Both the position numbers and the translations under genes were made by a program. DNA of 64,000 nt from Schmidtea polychroa (Eukaryota), in NCBI GenBank assembly GCA_044892525.1, contig CM097885.1:11224001-11288000 (forward strand), read 5' to 3'. Below, piece after piece: positions 8,590 to 22,347 of this stretch. Within the stretch, counting starts at the first letter, position 1. Every line of letters begins with the position of its first letter. The notes below the pieces were generated by a model, which did not search any database, was not told the DNA's origin, and was given only the letters and a program-made list of their open reading frames with translations.

Positions 8590-9094
8590 TGAGCGTGACC
8601 AGTACCCTTGTGAGGACCTTGATGAGTCATATGCCCTTGAAAATGACCTTGATGAGTCACACTATGAGTCATGGTCTTTGTTTCAATGGCCTTGATGAGT
8701 CATAGTATGAGTCATATGACCCTGAAAAAAAATTTCAAGGTCATATGAGTCATACTATGAGTCATATGACATTGAAAATGACCTTGATGAGTCATGGACT
8801 TTGTTTAAGTGACCTTGAGAAATTTTTCGACCTTGATGAGTCATAGTATGAGTCATATGACCTTGAAAATGACCTTGATGAGTCATATGATGAGTCATGG
8901 TCTTTGTTTAAATGACCTTGAAAAATTTGATGAGTCATAATATGAGTCATAGTCTTTGTTTCAATGACCTTGATGAGTCATATGTCTTTGTTTAAATTTG
9001 ACCTTGAAAAAAAAATGTACTTTTAGACTTAGAATATTTTTGAAAATCTTACCGACGGGGGGGTACTGTGCTAGCGGTGCCCAATCTATCTACT
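8590..9094. repeat. Right terminal inverted repeat of Polinton copy 1, an array of TGAGTCA and TGACCTTG motifs
   Basis: About 15 TGAGTCA and about 9 TGACCTTG/CAAGGTCA motifs. Inverted homologue at 60988-61220. Confidence 0.85.
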
Positions 9095-11644
9095 AATAAT
9101 AAATATTGATTTATAGTATAAAAAGAAAATCAGATAAATGAAATTTATTTTAAAATCACTAAAAATATAAATTATATGGAAAATTAAATTATCTAGAACC
9201 GGGACTCGAATTGCTTTACTATATATAAAACAAAAATTTGTTTTGCAAAAAAAACATGACAACAATAACCCATACATTTTAATATTTAATATATCAACAA
9301 CCGAGTTAAAACAAGACAAGCTGTGATACAGGCGAGTCAACGATGGTGTATAAAATAATCAAATATGAATGTCATCTAACCAAGTTAAAAACATTAAAGT
9401 TCAGAACAATTCGAGGTAAACAGTTCACGGATGTAGAACTTTTGGATAGTTTAATTATTCAACTAATTAATTTAATTTGTTTTTACACTTAAACTGTTTA
9501 AATTGTTTGTTTGTAAAATTGTTAAATTTGAACTTCTACATTTTTGGTAAATTTTTTTAAAGGAAACAAGTTTTATTTTAATTTAATATATATTATACGT
9601 GTTGATATTTTTAAGGCATGGCGAATAATACAAATGTAAATGATAAGAATAAAGATTCACTGTGGAATTACTTTAACCGCACTAAAGATGGAAATGCAGG
9701 TATATGCACAATTCAAGGTTGCTCGTAAACCATAAAATCTTCAGGCGAAACGACTACTGGTTTACGTAGCTATCTTAGAACACAGCATAACATAAATTTA
9801 TTAAAAAGAGATCTAAATGGTGGAACCTCGAGCTCAAGCGAAATTAAAAATATCAACCGAAGTGAATTTTTCTTGTAAAATTACAAACTTTTTCACCAAA
9901 ACCATTGATGAATCTCTAACTGCAATAATATCTCGGATGACAAGCAAAGATGGCCTGATATTTAAAACATTTTGTACGTCATATAATTTGAGAGAGCTAT
10001 TAAAAAGTAAAGGTCATCAACAAATTCCTAAATCGTCCAATACAATTAGGAATATAGTTTTATCGTATTCCCAAAAAATACGTGATGAAATGATGAGTTA
10101 TCTTCATGAACTGTTCGCGCGAAAGATTTAGTTTGACGTTTGACGAGTGGACATTGGTTAAAAATCGCCGATATAAGTGTATTAATATTCACGCGAATAA
10201 CATATTTTGAAACCTTGGCTTAACACGAGTGAATATTATCAATGCCAGCAGAAAAGTACATAGAAATACTTGGAGAGAAATTGCGTGAATTTAATTTTTT
10301 AATTTATAATATTATTTCAATAACAACGGACGGTGCTTCCGTGATGACAAAAGTGGGAAAATTAGTAAATGTTGATCATCAGCTTTGCCTAGCACATGGC
10401 ATACACTTAGCTGTGGTAAAAGTCATTTATAAAAAACACCGTAAATGAAGAATTAAATAATTATGAGAATCCAGATAATGATGAAGATGATGAAAGTGAA
10501 GAAAATGACGGTTTTAATGTTATTAATGGTACGCTCATAGAAGTTTCAAATATAAAGTTGAACTCAAAAATATATTCGCTAGTTGAATAAATACGAAAGG
10601 TCGTAAAAATTTTTCGCAGATCACATACAAAAATTGATAGTGTTCTTCAAAAATATGTAAAGGCAGAATTTGGAAAAGTAATGGAATTGAAATTGGATTC
10701 GAAAACACGATGGAATAGTTTACTTGATATGCTCGAACGATTTCAGAAATTAAAAATAAGGTAAGAAAAAGTCTAATTGACCTTAACATAGATATTAGCT
10801 TCTCAGATGAACAATTTCACTTATTATCTAATATAATGTCAGTGCTGCTTCCTATTAAAGTCGCGGTGGTAACACTTTGTTGTCGAGACACAAATCTATT
10901 TAGTGCTGACATCACTTTAAAATTTATGCTGGATGGATTATTTCAACAAAACAGCTGTTTAAGTAATCAATTTAAATCAGAATTGATTTTACGTATCAAG
11001 GAACGCCCAACAACTTTTGCAGATGTTTTTCAATATTTAAATAATTCGCAAGGTTACTTTACATCAAACGAAAAAGATTACGATATATTCTATTAAACAA
11101 GTAAAAGTTCAATAACTAAAGCTATTGTAAAATTGGTGATGAGTCATTGTGACAAAAATGATGAAAACGTTGTTGAAAACACGGATGATATTATAGAAGA
11201 AGTTTTAGAGGCGTCACACACTCCTGTTCATGATGTTATATTATCAGTGAAAGAAAAACTTCACCGAACAATACAAGAAAAATCCAATTTAAATCTCGAA
11301 GGTCCACAAGGATCACAGTAAATAACGTTAGGAGATATAAATAAAATTATCAAAAGAGAAATGAAAATATGAAAGTTCGTGGTAAATACTTAGAATTGGC
11401 CTATAACTACCTTAGATCCGTGCAACCAATAAGTGTTAATTCAGAAAGGACGTTTTCGGTTGCAGGGATTTTCTGCACAAAAATACGATCACGATTATAT
11501 GATGAAGGCCTAAATGCGTTATGTTTTTAAGAGCGTTTTTTAATAAGTTAAATTAAATAAATAAAACTTTAATAAAAATTTGTATTGTTTGATTTTTATC
11601 GATATTTATCGATAATTACATTGTAGGATATTTTGCAATCACTA
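9095..11644 (+). mobile_element. Decayed hAT DNA transposon (transposase pseudogene ~9618-11550)
   Basis: BED finger (LWNYF...C...C...H), LTFDEWT, ITTDGASVM, CLAHGIHLAV, TRWNSLLDMLERF and SVNSERTFSVAG motifs with many stops and frameshifts. Candidate right end ...TTGCAATCACTA at 11644. Confidence 0.88.
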
Positions 11645-11969
11645 AGCCGGAGTTTGATTTAAAGAATTATTATTGTTTTCCAAATGTTGATGATGATGAA
11701 ATGTTATTTGCAGATATCAAAGAGGGAGTTATTGATGAAGATGATAATCTTTTGGATGATAACAGCGAATCAAATAATTATAAAGACAAATGTGAGATAT
11801 TAGTCATCTCGCTGCATATAATATGTTGACAAAATTAAAGTTATATTTATTAGAAAATGATCCAAAAAACATGACACTGATTTACAAGCTTAAGAATGTT
11901 CTTGATGAAAATAAAAAAAGTAAACCCCCAAGTTTATTAGATTATGTTTCAAGAGATAATATTAAATAA
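11645..11969 (+). pseudogene. 3' fragment of an unidentified spliced host gene cut by the hAT insertion
   Basis: Open frame PEFDLKNYYCFPNVDDDEMLFADI..., a GTGAG...TTAG intron (~11792-11853) and a short last exon ending in TAA. Confidence 0.35.
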
Positions 11970-11997
11970 AGGAAGAAAATTTATATTTTATTATAAC

Positions 11998-13190
11998 CAC
12001 GGTCGGCCTTAGGTACAGTCAAAGCAGACAGTTGCCTAGCGCCAAAATCTGGGGAGCCATTTTAACCAAAAAATGTTTTTCACTTTTTTAACCTTTTTTT
12101 CTCAATGTAAGCTGTTGCATTTTTATTAATTTCGAATTAAAGACTGTTGCTTATAACTTATAATATTTCTAAAAGACCACTTTTATTTCAACCAAGTGTT
12201 TATAATTAGATTCACTTTTCGTCTTTATAATAGATAAAATTATTATCATTCAGAACGTAATAATATTCTCATAATAAGTTATATCGACTAAATTTTTAAA
12301 ATGTTTTAAATTTAATTAATCATAATTTATATTGATGACTAGTGAGCGTTATTATTAAAACGATTTTGCAACAAACGCAAACAGTATTGGTATGTGATTA
12401 GTTGAAAAAACAAAACAAAGGTATTGAAATAAGTTAATTATCCTTTAAAATCTGAAGTACTTTTTAATTTTAATCAGTTTTCTTAGTTATATCTAATTGC
12501 TAAATATTAAAAAATAATGTCAAACCCTATGAAACGTCAGAAGTTATCGGGTGCTCAACCTCATCAGAAAAAGCGACAAACAGAACTTAGTATAAAAAAG
12601 CAAACAGGATGGCTTTTCAGGTATTTAGAGAAAACCAAAACTACTCCAACTGTTAATATTATTGCCCAGTCTGGCCAGTCATCAAACTACAACGCTCAAT
12701 GTTAACTGTGACAATGTTGCTCAAAATGAAACGGAATTAAGCCTTACTGTCACTGAAGATGTACTAATAGGTCCATCTGCCTCTGATTCCGATTCGAATA
12801 CATCTTCAAGTACAGAAAACAATGAAGAAGTAGCCGTGGAAGAAAATCGATTTGATTTTGACGATCCAGCCATTTGGCCAAATGTAATAGATGATGCCAC
12901 TCGAGTAGCATTTGTAAAGAAAGGCCCAGTAAGAATCACAGAGTATGATTTTCCTAAAAATGAATATCAAAACAATCGTCGTTCTAAGGAAACATATTAT
13001 AAACAAAACTCAAGAATGGAGAAAAAGTGAAGAGAACATGGTTAGTTTATTCCAAAAATAGCGATGCCGCCTACTGTTTATTTTGTAAGTTATTTTCATT
13101 TAACAAGATTGCATTGACAGAAAATGGGTATATGAGACAGGCAAATATTTCACACCATTTATCGAGTCACGAATGCTCTCCAAATCCATG
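11998..13190 (+). mobile_element. 5' part of a hAT Tip100/ZMYM1-like transposon (truncated, frameshifted)
   Basis: Terminus CACGGTCGGCCTTAGG...GTTGCCTAG. Protein fragments KLSGAQ, DDPAIWP...KKGP...FPK and RTWLVYSK...AYCLFCKLF (TTF-type zinc finger). Confidence 0.8.
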
Positions 13191-14283
13191 CTTTTGGTGG
13201 CACCATTTAATTAAAATATGGTTATTTAATTCTAAAATTCATAAGATATTTATATATAGTTGATAGAAATACAGTTCTATATCAATAGTGATACCAATTA
13301 TTTCAATCATTTAACTAGAAACATATTTAAGATAATATTTAATAAAAACAGTCAATTTAAAATTATTAATACATGACTAATTGATTTGATTCTTAAAAGT
13401 TGTTGAAATATCCTTTATTTATTGCATATTAAAGTCGATTATTTAAACTATAGTGTGTCTTTAACCTACTTAGGCCCAGCAGACTCATGGTTTTAAAGTT
13501 GATAAAATAAACTATAGTCTGTGTGTGACTTGCCCCAGTGGGTCCATACCCCTTACTTTTGGGTTTGTATAACTGTTATCTACTAAAACCATATAGTATA
13601 TATATTGTGCCAATTGGGACTATGTTTTTTTATGTGTGTGTATGTTTGTGATCTATCTATTTATTTATTAAATCTGTATGCCCTACTTATTTATTTATTA
13701 AAACTATACATTGTGCCAGTGAGGACTATGTTTTAAAGATGACTTGACCTACTTAAAATTTGATTAACTTTGACGTGAAATACATTAAAAATTCCATGAC
13801 CTACATAAAAATACTAGTTGACCTACTTAAAAAAATTAATCAAAAATCTTTTGCTTAATTATTTTTTCCTCAGAGGGGATCAATTCATCTACTTATGATT
13901 TCAGATACTAATTTATAACATGTATATTTAATAAAAATAATATCAGATATTGATGCTTATGACCATAGTAGTAATGATTGCCAAACATTGATAAAGGTAT
14001 GGTAAGTCAACCTCCTTTATAAGTGTTAGAGGATGGACGAACACTAAAGATTCTGAAAATTAAATATTACATGGTATGAGCAGATAAATACAGAATAAAC
14101 ATACATATGGACAATAATCAATAATGATAATATCTATGTGATGAAAGGAATATACATTACTATATTGACTCGTGATAATAACTTATTATTAACAATTTGA
14201 TGTGATCTGTTAATTTATATATTTATGCAATTATATTGATTTATTGATTCTTGTTGACATTATAATAAATTTATCCTGTTTTA

Positions 14284-14317
14284 ATTATTGTTGTTGTTAT
14301 TGTCATTGTTGTTGTTG

Positions 14318-14414
<97 letters not shown>
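14284..14414. repeat. (TTG)n/(TTA)n microsatellite
   Basis: Directly visible. Confidence 0.95.
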
Positions 14415-14415
<1 letters not shown>

Positions 14416-14577
14416 TAAAACAATAAAATGATAATTTAAGCCTTTTGCTGCAAATAATGTATTTAATGAAAGAATTTTCGACTATACGAGGACTATCGTA
14501 TAGTCGAAAATTCTTTCATTAAATACATTATTTGCAGCAAAAGGCTTAAATTATCATTTTATTGTTTTAAATAATAA
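14408..14577. repeat. Perfect palindrome with 82-bp arms and a 6-nt spacer
   Basis: 14408-14489 is the exact reverse complement of 14496-14577; spacer GGACTA. Confidence 0.95.
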
Positions 14578-16569
14578 ATGCTGCTACCAAGCAATCATCA
14601 TTTTATACTATTATTATTATTATTATTATTATTTCGATCAACTTATGTTGATTGTTTTAATTTAAAAAAAAAGATATTTACTTTTGCACTAAGTGCATTC
14701 AATTAAAAATTTTATTTATTTAGTATTTTTGCACTAAGTGCATGATATTTATATTCAAATCAAAAAATGTTTATTCTGTGCAATAAGTGCATTATAGAAA
14801 AATTTAATTTGAAAAAATAAATGCAAAAAAAATAATAATTAAATGATTCCATAGACTTAGATTAATATTGAATATATTGAAAAAAATCCTTCAATTAAAT
14901 AACCTGTGCAATTTTCTACTGAGAGTGATGCAGAACATGTCACATATATAAAAAGTCAGAATTATTAATTAAAAAGAAAAAGAATTAAATAAATAATAGA
15001 CAAGCATATTAACAACATATTAATAATCCTCCACCTTTTTTTATTTGTGTCTTTTGAACTGTTTTCACATGTAATCTTACAGTTATCGATTAATGTTTGA
15101 ATTGAATATGTTTTGGAATTTATCAATTACTAATTGAATTATTAGGAATACTTATTGAAAAACACTTCTACGGATTAACTGTTTTAGATCAATAACAAAC
15201 AAAAATACATTAAAGATGCTGGATAACGGGATAATTCCAAAAATAGTAACAATTAAAATCTGCACTTTCAAAAACAGACATTCTATTGACAGAACAGAGT
15301 GTATTGACATTCGAAATAGAGTGTCAACAGGGATTGTTAATTTTATATTATATAATTTGTAATTGTGATAATCAAATATATTTTATTGAACCAGTGTTTG
15401 TGTTCTTATTTATATAGGAACCATCAAGTTGAGATTTGAGAACCTCAACATAAGATTTTCAGCTATAACGATATAGCTAATAATTATGAAGGTAATAAAC
15501 TAAAACCTGAGTACAGAAGTTGAGTGATAATATTTATTTTACACAAAGATTTGCATCTAGAGGCATGTATATTAGCTTTTTCTAAAACTGATTTCATAAG
15601 TATTTTTGTCAATTATTACTTTTCCGATAAATATCTGACTATAGATTAAAACTTTGTTGAATTGATGAAAGATTAAGATATTGTACCTTTGAATGCCTTG
15701 ACTAAGTTTCCATATCTCCATCAAGTTATTACAACCGTTGGAGACTTAATAAAAGCCTTTTAGTGCATAATTTCGTTCTCTTGGAAGCATTTGATTATGT
15801 CATATTGATCAATTCATTTTTTTAATATTTTTTATTAAAAATATTTATTTTATTTTTATTTTTTTACTATATTTTTTTAATTATTTATAATATATTTTTA
15901 TTGTTTATAAATATTTTAATTATTATTTATACAATTATTCTAATTTTTATATTTTATTTGCTGAAACGGCCACCAGATTAAATTACGCTAAATATCTGGC
16001 TTGCGATCAAATGCGTGTTGCTTTGATGGATGATAAAGTTATTGAACCTAGAAGATTTAATAAAAGCATTCCAGTTTAATTTTTTCGTTCCCTTGACACC
16101 ATTTAACCATCTGGCTCTGCTAACCTTTTCCCATTATCATGTGGCGATTATGAGAAGCAGTTATCATACATCCAACTGTTTTATACATCGACCTTATTGC
16201 ACCTAGAAAGGTCATTTGAACAGTAAATCCATTTAAATATTTTGAATTAATTCTCTAGCATCCGGTTTTATAAGGCAATAAATTGCACGAATCATAAATT
16301 TATTATTTCTTTTGTTTATTATTCAGATATTTTCAAAAAATAACTTTTTTCAAAATGCCTTATTTAAAATTGGCAACAATAAAATTATTCAAAACAAAAA
16401 TATTTAAAATCTCTCGACATTTATAAAAATTTTGACAATTAAATTAAACTATTTCACGCTTTGGCATTTTTATCCCTAATTAATTAATTTTATAATAAAT
16501 CAAATTTATTATTTCAATGATACAATAAATATATTATTCTAATTGGCAATTTTAGATAGAGAAATGTAA

Positions 16570-16619
<50 letters not shown>

Positions 16620-17234
16620 TCTTTATTACCTTTTGTATTAATTGTCATCAGCATTTTTATAATTTTATATTTATTGTTTTTCAATTTATTATCATTCCGA
16701 GTTTTTATTAATTTATTATTTTTATTGTGATGTTTTTGTAATTATTATTTTTAGTTTCAATTATATTTTGTGGCTTGCCTACCAGCGAAAAAGAATAGAA
16801 ATGGCTCACAAATCCTTACAAAGCAAGCAAATTTCTCAATAATTCCAACTAACATGAAATGCATGCTTCTAATTAATAAAAATCAAATATAAATGAAAAA
16901 ATGATTAATTTAGCAACTGAAAATCATTGGAATATAGCACACTGATAGAGCTACCAATTTGTCCAATGAAATTAAATGGCCTTGAAAACAACTAATGAAA
17001 AACGAGTTCGCTTTATTGACAGGCGAATTAGCGTTTAGATTGACCACCAATCTTGCTGTGGTCTTGTGGAACTGATTAAACATTCATGTCGAATATAAAT
17101 GCAAATGAATATTAACTATTAAGAATTCAGATAATAATTTATAACATGTATATTTAATAAATATAATTAATTCACAAACTAAGCTTATCTCGAATTTAAA
17201 CAAATTAATATTAGTTTTTAAATTTAAATAATTA

Positions 17235-17739
17235 AAAAGAACTCACTAATTGAATGGCTAACATCAATACTGTTTTTAACGAGATTTGCCTATAACAATG
17301 AATAAACAAATCTTCCAAAGACGGACCCAGTAATTCTAAAACTAACGCATTGTATCGATCGCATTGTCCAAAGTAAAAATCTTCTGGAAAGCCTGTTATC
17401 GGATTACCTAAACTGTTAAAAATATTAATCACAACCATAATATAATAAATGAAATAGTTGAGCATTCTATAAAATCTGTATTCTAAATGTAATTAGGGTG
17501 CTCTGGTTTTCATGAATTCTGACTTTAGAGCAACATGTTCGTTTGTATATCAATTCCTCCCGGAAACATTATGAAAATAAAAAACATTTGTAATTGATAA
17601 TATTACCTAATCGAAGTTCATCAAAATTTCCACAAAACTATCAAAAAATTCGAATCTCCACCGCTCAGAACATTAGAAGATTTCGAATAACGATTTTAAT
17701 CTGCTAAGCACTATATTTGAATATTTTATTAAAACTAAC
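17235..17739 (-). pseudogene. CSNK1G: Casein kinase I gamma (gilgamesh-like) 5' pseudogene fragment with introns
   Basis: [22 protein letters not shown] and [17 protein letters not shown]...[11 protein letters not shown] motifs. In-frame stop and deletions; no downstream exons seen. Confidence 0.85.
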
Positions 17740-18039
17740 CTGAAAAAATAGTGAATTTAAACAAACAGCTTAATAAAAAATGCTGACTTATAATAATTAA
17801 AAATTTATTAAAATTGTTTATATCCCATGAAAATTTTAATATATGTTCAAAGTTTTGAAATTTAATTCGTATTTTTTATTGGACAATAAAAGTAGTTTAA
17901 TTTATATTTAATTTTTGTGTATGTAAAATTGGTTTTCAACTATTTAAAGATAAAAGATTTAAAAACACTTAGTGTTTGGTAAAAACTGTAGAAATTAAAA
18001 TATTTTTGAATACGATAGTAATGCATTTTCAGAAACCAG

Positions 18040-18989
18040 CATGACAATCACATTGATAAATTAAATAAATACAAAACCCATTGGCAGTAAACGGGAAACG
18101 TTGACATATTTTTCATTAAGATTTTTAAGCTGTTGAAACTATTCGAAAACAGACTGGTGAGCGTTGGAATTTATGCACGCAACCCTGCTGTAAAGGCATA
18201 TGTTTCTGATAAGAATTGTCGGGAAATAATTGCCTTTGCCTAAAAGCACATTGGCTGGACTACACAGCAATGGTCTGATGAACCAAAGTTCAACCTTTTT
18301 GTTTCCGATGGTCGATGTAAAGTTTGGCGCCCCAAACGAGAAAAGGACAATCCTCTATATTCCAGGGTAAGAATACCTCATTGATGGAGATTTTAACAGG
18401 ACAACGATCCGAAGCATTCCTCAAAGTCCTACAAGAGTGGTTCGTGAAGAAAAGGTCAATGTTCTGAAATGGCTGTCACAATCTTTGGACCTTAATCCAA
18501 TTCGAACATCTTTGGGATGAGATTGGATGAGACGCCTTGAAGGTCAACATTTCTCGAACTCGAATCAGTTGTATGAGAAACTTTAGGAAATTTGGTCTGA
18601 GATTCTTGTTAGCATATGTGAGCGCCTTGTGAACTCGAACCCACGCTGTTGTCAGGCAGTCTTGGATGCTGGTGGATACCCTACAAAATATTAATCATTA
18701 TCTATGTGTAAACTCTTTCACTCAGTATTTATTCTGTATTTATTCAGTACAAAAGAAAATAAAAAAGTGTTTCCATATTGATTTGATTCAAAATTGAGAA
18801 TTTTTTTCAAACAAATTACGATAAGAGTGTTAAAATTCCCTCTCATTGTTTCACTGATTGTACCTTCAGAAAGCCCACCTAAATTTTACCAAGAAGCACT
18901 AACGGGAAAATTCATGGCATTTACAGAATAAAATGATGAAAGATGAAACAAATTTCTATCTCATATTTCTATACTTTTTCTGCTCACTG
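18040..18989 (+). mobile_element. Tc1/mariner (Tc1-like DDE) remnant
   Basis: WSDEPKFNLFVSDGR, QDNDPKH, SQSLDLNPI..HLW and GGYPTKY* fragments. Right TIR ...CTGCTCACTG followed by TA. Confidence 0.88.
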
Positions 18990-19229
18990 TATATATGATA
19001 AATATAGAAATTATGAAGGTAATAAAGAAAAAGCTTAATGCGGAAGTTGAAGGATAATATTTATTTTACACAAAGATCTGCATATAGTGACATGTAGCTA
19101 TCTTATTAATTCATCTCAATCAACTACGAAAAACGCTTGTGATCATAGTAATAATGATCGAAGTAGAGTTATGTTGCTAGATAGTGATATAAGTATTGTT
19201 AGTCAACCTCCTTTTACGATTGTTAGCTT

Positions 19230-19472
19230 GAACGACATAACTCTTGTCCAACCAACTCATTTGCAAACTAACCTCAAAGAAACTATTGATTCTTAGTGAA
19301 GAAAGAATTAAGCAATTGGATATTAAAATCAGAGTTCACAGTGGTGGAAAGAACTCACAAATTTATGCAATCAGTCAAGCATTGGTAAAATCTGTTGTTG
19401 CATCCTAGCAAAAATTTGTTGATGAACAATCTAAAAGAGAGTTGAAAGAAAGCTTCATTCGATATGATGGAA
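19230..19472 (+). pseudogene. RPS16: 40S ribosomal protein S16 (uS9) pseudogene fragment
   Basis: LDIKIRVHSGGKNSQIYAISQALVKSVVAS*QKFVDEQSKRELK...YD matches RPS16; contains a stop and a frameshift. Confidence 0.88.
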
Positions 19473-20448
19473 GTGAAATTCCTTGGATATCTAATTATGA
19501 TAACAGCGGTATTTTTGATCAAAGTTTTGGCAGTTGAGATGGCCGTGAAGTCAAAACACACCCATAGCTCTATTTGGATCATCGCAGGTGAAGTGACACG
19601 ATTAGGGTGAGATATCGTCGCGAGATTAATGGAACTTTATCTATCGCAAGAAAATGAGTGCGAAAATTCCGGATAGTGTCGATTTATTGTCCACAATATA
19701 GATAATTGAATGGATAGAATGACTTACACCTAAATCCGAATTATAAAAGTCTCTACACCAAACACCACTGAGATTCATTCTCTATAGTGGTGGTTGGCGT
19801 GTAGAGCAATTGCTCACTCACCAATTTAATGAATTTCCTATCATATTTTGGAAATTTATTTTTGCCATTTTACAAATGGTTTTCAGGTAAGATGTTAAAT
19901 TTTAAGACTTGAATTTTGATCCATATAGATATGAGAGTTCTTAAATACTACTTTTAATCAACAGTATAAGTATAAAATATTTTTAATTAATTTTCAAGGT
20001 TTTTTAGGAATTTTATGATATTTATCTTTAAGTATTTTAGAATTATTTCGAAAAAATGTGAGTGAGATATATTTTTAATTATAATTAAATAAATCAATCA
20101 CCAAAAATATGTATTTTTCTAAATAATTTTTGTTTTTTTTCTGAGCTCAATATGAGATGCTTCTTTCAGGAAACCATCTGGATTGAAAAGACATTGAACC
20201 AGATTCATCTGCTCTTGATAATTTGATTAAAAATATATTTTTAAAAAGTTTCAGCGATCTTTTTTCTTTCTAAAAATTGTCAAAAATCAAGTTATAATAG
20301 AAACTTATCTCAGCGGTGCATTTCTACGAATCAAATGTTTATGTGTTTTTAGTGTGTGTTACGCTTGTGTGTAGTTTTTAATTTTTCTTCCAGTTTTCAG
20401 ATTTCTATAGTATAAAATGTATCTTACTGCACTATAAATGAGAACATC

Positions 20449-22302
20449 AGTAGGTAGTTAGTAAAATTGTTGCAACTTTTGATTACGCAATTGTTGCAAC
20501 TCAAATTTTTTGCGTTCAGGGATTTTTAGTCCAAAATTTTTTTTATCACACTATAGTGAGGGGGTCTCGATTGATCCTGAGATTTTCAATACAAAAAAAT
20601 TTTTTCAATAGAAATTTGAATTATCATTAAAAAGCCAAGGATTTTTCGAATTAAATTAAGGTGGGTCTCCTTGGTCATGAGAATTTCAATAGAAAAAGGT
20701 GGTCTACAATAAAAAAGCCAAGGATTATTCAGACTGTAGTGAGAGGGTCTCCATGGTCCTAGAATTTACAATCGAAAAAGACGGTCTTCAATAAAAAAGC
20801 ATGGTAATTTAAGGTCTCAGGATATTTTCAATACAAAAAGGTGGTCTACACTAAAAAACAGTGGTAATTTAAGGTCTCAGGATATTTTCAATACAAAAAT
20901 CCGATTATCACTAAAATAGCATGGATTTTTCTAGGTCAATTCAGGTGGGTCTTCTTGGTCCTGAGAATTTCAATAGAAAAAGGTGGTCTACACTATAAAA
21001 CTTGGTAAATTTTTTAAAATAAAGCAAATTATGGGTCTAAAAAATTGATTTACAGTAAATTATGGTCCAAATTTTTAAATTAAAGTAAATAATAGGTCTA
21101 ATAATTGAATTAAAGCAAACAATAGGCTGAAATAAGTAAATTAAGGTCCAAATTTTTGAATTACATTAAATAATAGGTCTAATAATTGAATTAAAGTAAA
21201 TAATGGTTCAAAATTTAAAATTAAAGTTAATTAAGGGTTCAACTAAGTAAATTAAGGTTCAAATTTTAAATTAAAGTAAATCAAGGTCCAAATTTTTAGA
21301 ATTAAAGTAATCAATGGGTTCAAATTTTTATATTAAAGTAAATAATGGTTCAAAATTTAAAATTAAAGTTAATTAAGGGTTCAACTAAGTAAATTAAAGT
21401 CCAAATTTTTAAATTAAAGTAAATAATGGTTCAAATTTTTAATTAAAGTAAATCAAGGTCCAAAATTTTAAATTAAAGTAATGAATTGGCTCAAATAACT
21501 AAATTAAGGTTCTAAAAAATTAAATTAAAGTTAATTAAGGTCCAAATTTTAAAATTAAGTAATCAATGGTAAAAAAATTTTAAATTAAAGTTAAATAAGT
21601 AAATTAAAGTAATAATTTTTAAATAAGTAAATTAAAGTTATGTAATAAGTAAATTAAAGTAATATTTTTAAATTTATTAACAAAAAGTTGAAATAATAGA
21701 AGATGTTTGAGAATTGAAATTTTTTAATGAAAATTTTTTATGAATAATTTTTTAAGTTAATTTTTAATGGAAATTTTTATGAAATATTTTTTAATGATAA
21801 TTTTAGATGGAAATTTTTATGAAATATTTTTCAAAGACAAATTTTAATAATAATTCAACAACAAACCAACAACTTAGTACCAACAACCAGTAACTTACGA
21901 ACATGTATTAACAACCACATACCTACAACTAGTTACTAACAATCAGTTACCTGATACCAAGTACTAACAACCAACTAGCTACCACCTACCAAGTACATAC
22001 AACCAACAACAACCAAGTACTAAGCATTATTAACTAACTACTAAGTACTTACAACCAAAAACAACCAGCTTACAACTAGCTACCACCTACCAAGTACTCA
22101 CAACCATTAACTTACGAACATGTATTAACAACCAAATACCTACAACTAGTTACTAACAACCAGTTACCTGATACCAAGTACCAACAACCACCTACCAAGT
22201 ACTAACAACCAAAAACAACCAGGTACTAAGCATTATCGACCAACTAAATACTAAGTACTAACAACCAAAAACAAGAAAAAACTAGGTACCAGATACCAAC
22301 TA
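20449..22302 (+). repeat. Left arm: AGTAG terminus, then ~60-bp GGTCT repeat, AAATTAAAGT-type repeat and CAACCAAGTACTAA-type repeat blocks
   Basis: Three distinct tandem-repeat blocks, truncated at 22302 where they join the protease intron. Confidence 0.8.
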
Positions 22303-22347
22303 AAAAACAACTTACTCCATGACAACTTTTTGTGTTTCTGTATACAT

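Larger units (their letters stand above)
1..9094. mobile_element. Polinton/Maverick (adintovirus-like) copy 1; right terminus at 9094, left end outside the window
   Basis: Cluster of protease, MCP, mCP, integrase and ATPase genes. Ends in ...GCGGTGCCCAATCTATCTACT, whose reverse complement (AGTAGAT...) matches the terminus at 60988 with one mismatch in 21 nt. Confidence 0.92.

Noticed and set aside
17232..17465. Functional casein kinase I gene
   Set aside because: The upstream exon has an in-frame stop and a damaged Gly-rich loop, and the rest of the kinase domain is missing.
20540..22300. Repeat arrays as a possible CRISPR or telomeric array (also 8590-9010)
   Set aside because: No constant repeat with unique spacers, no cas genes, eukaryotic context, and no canonical telomere unit.
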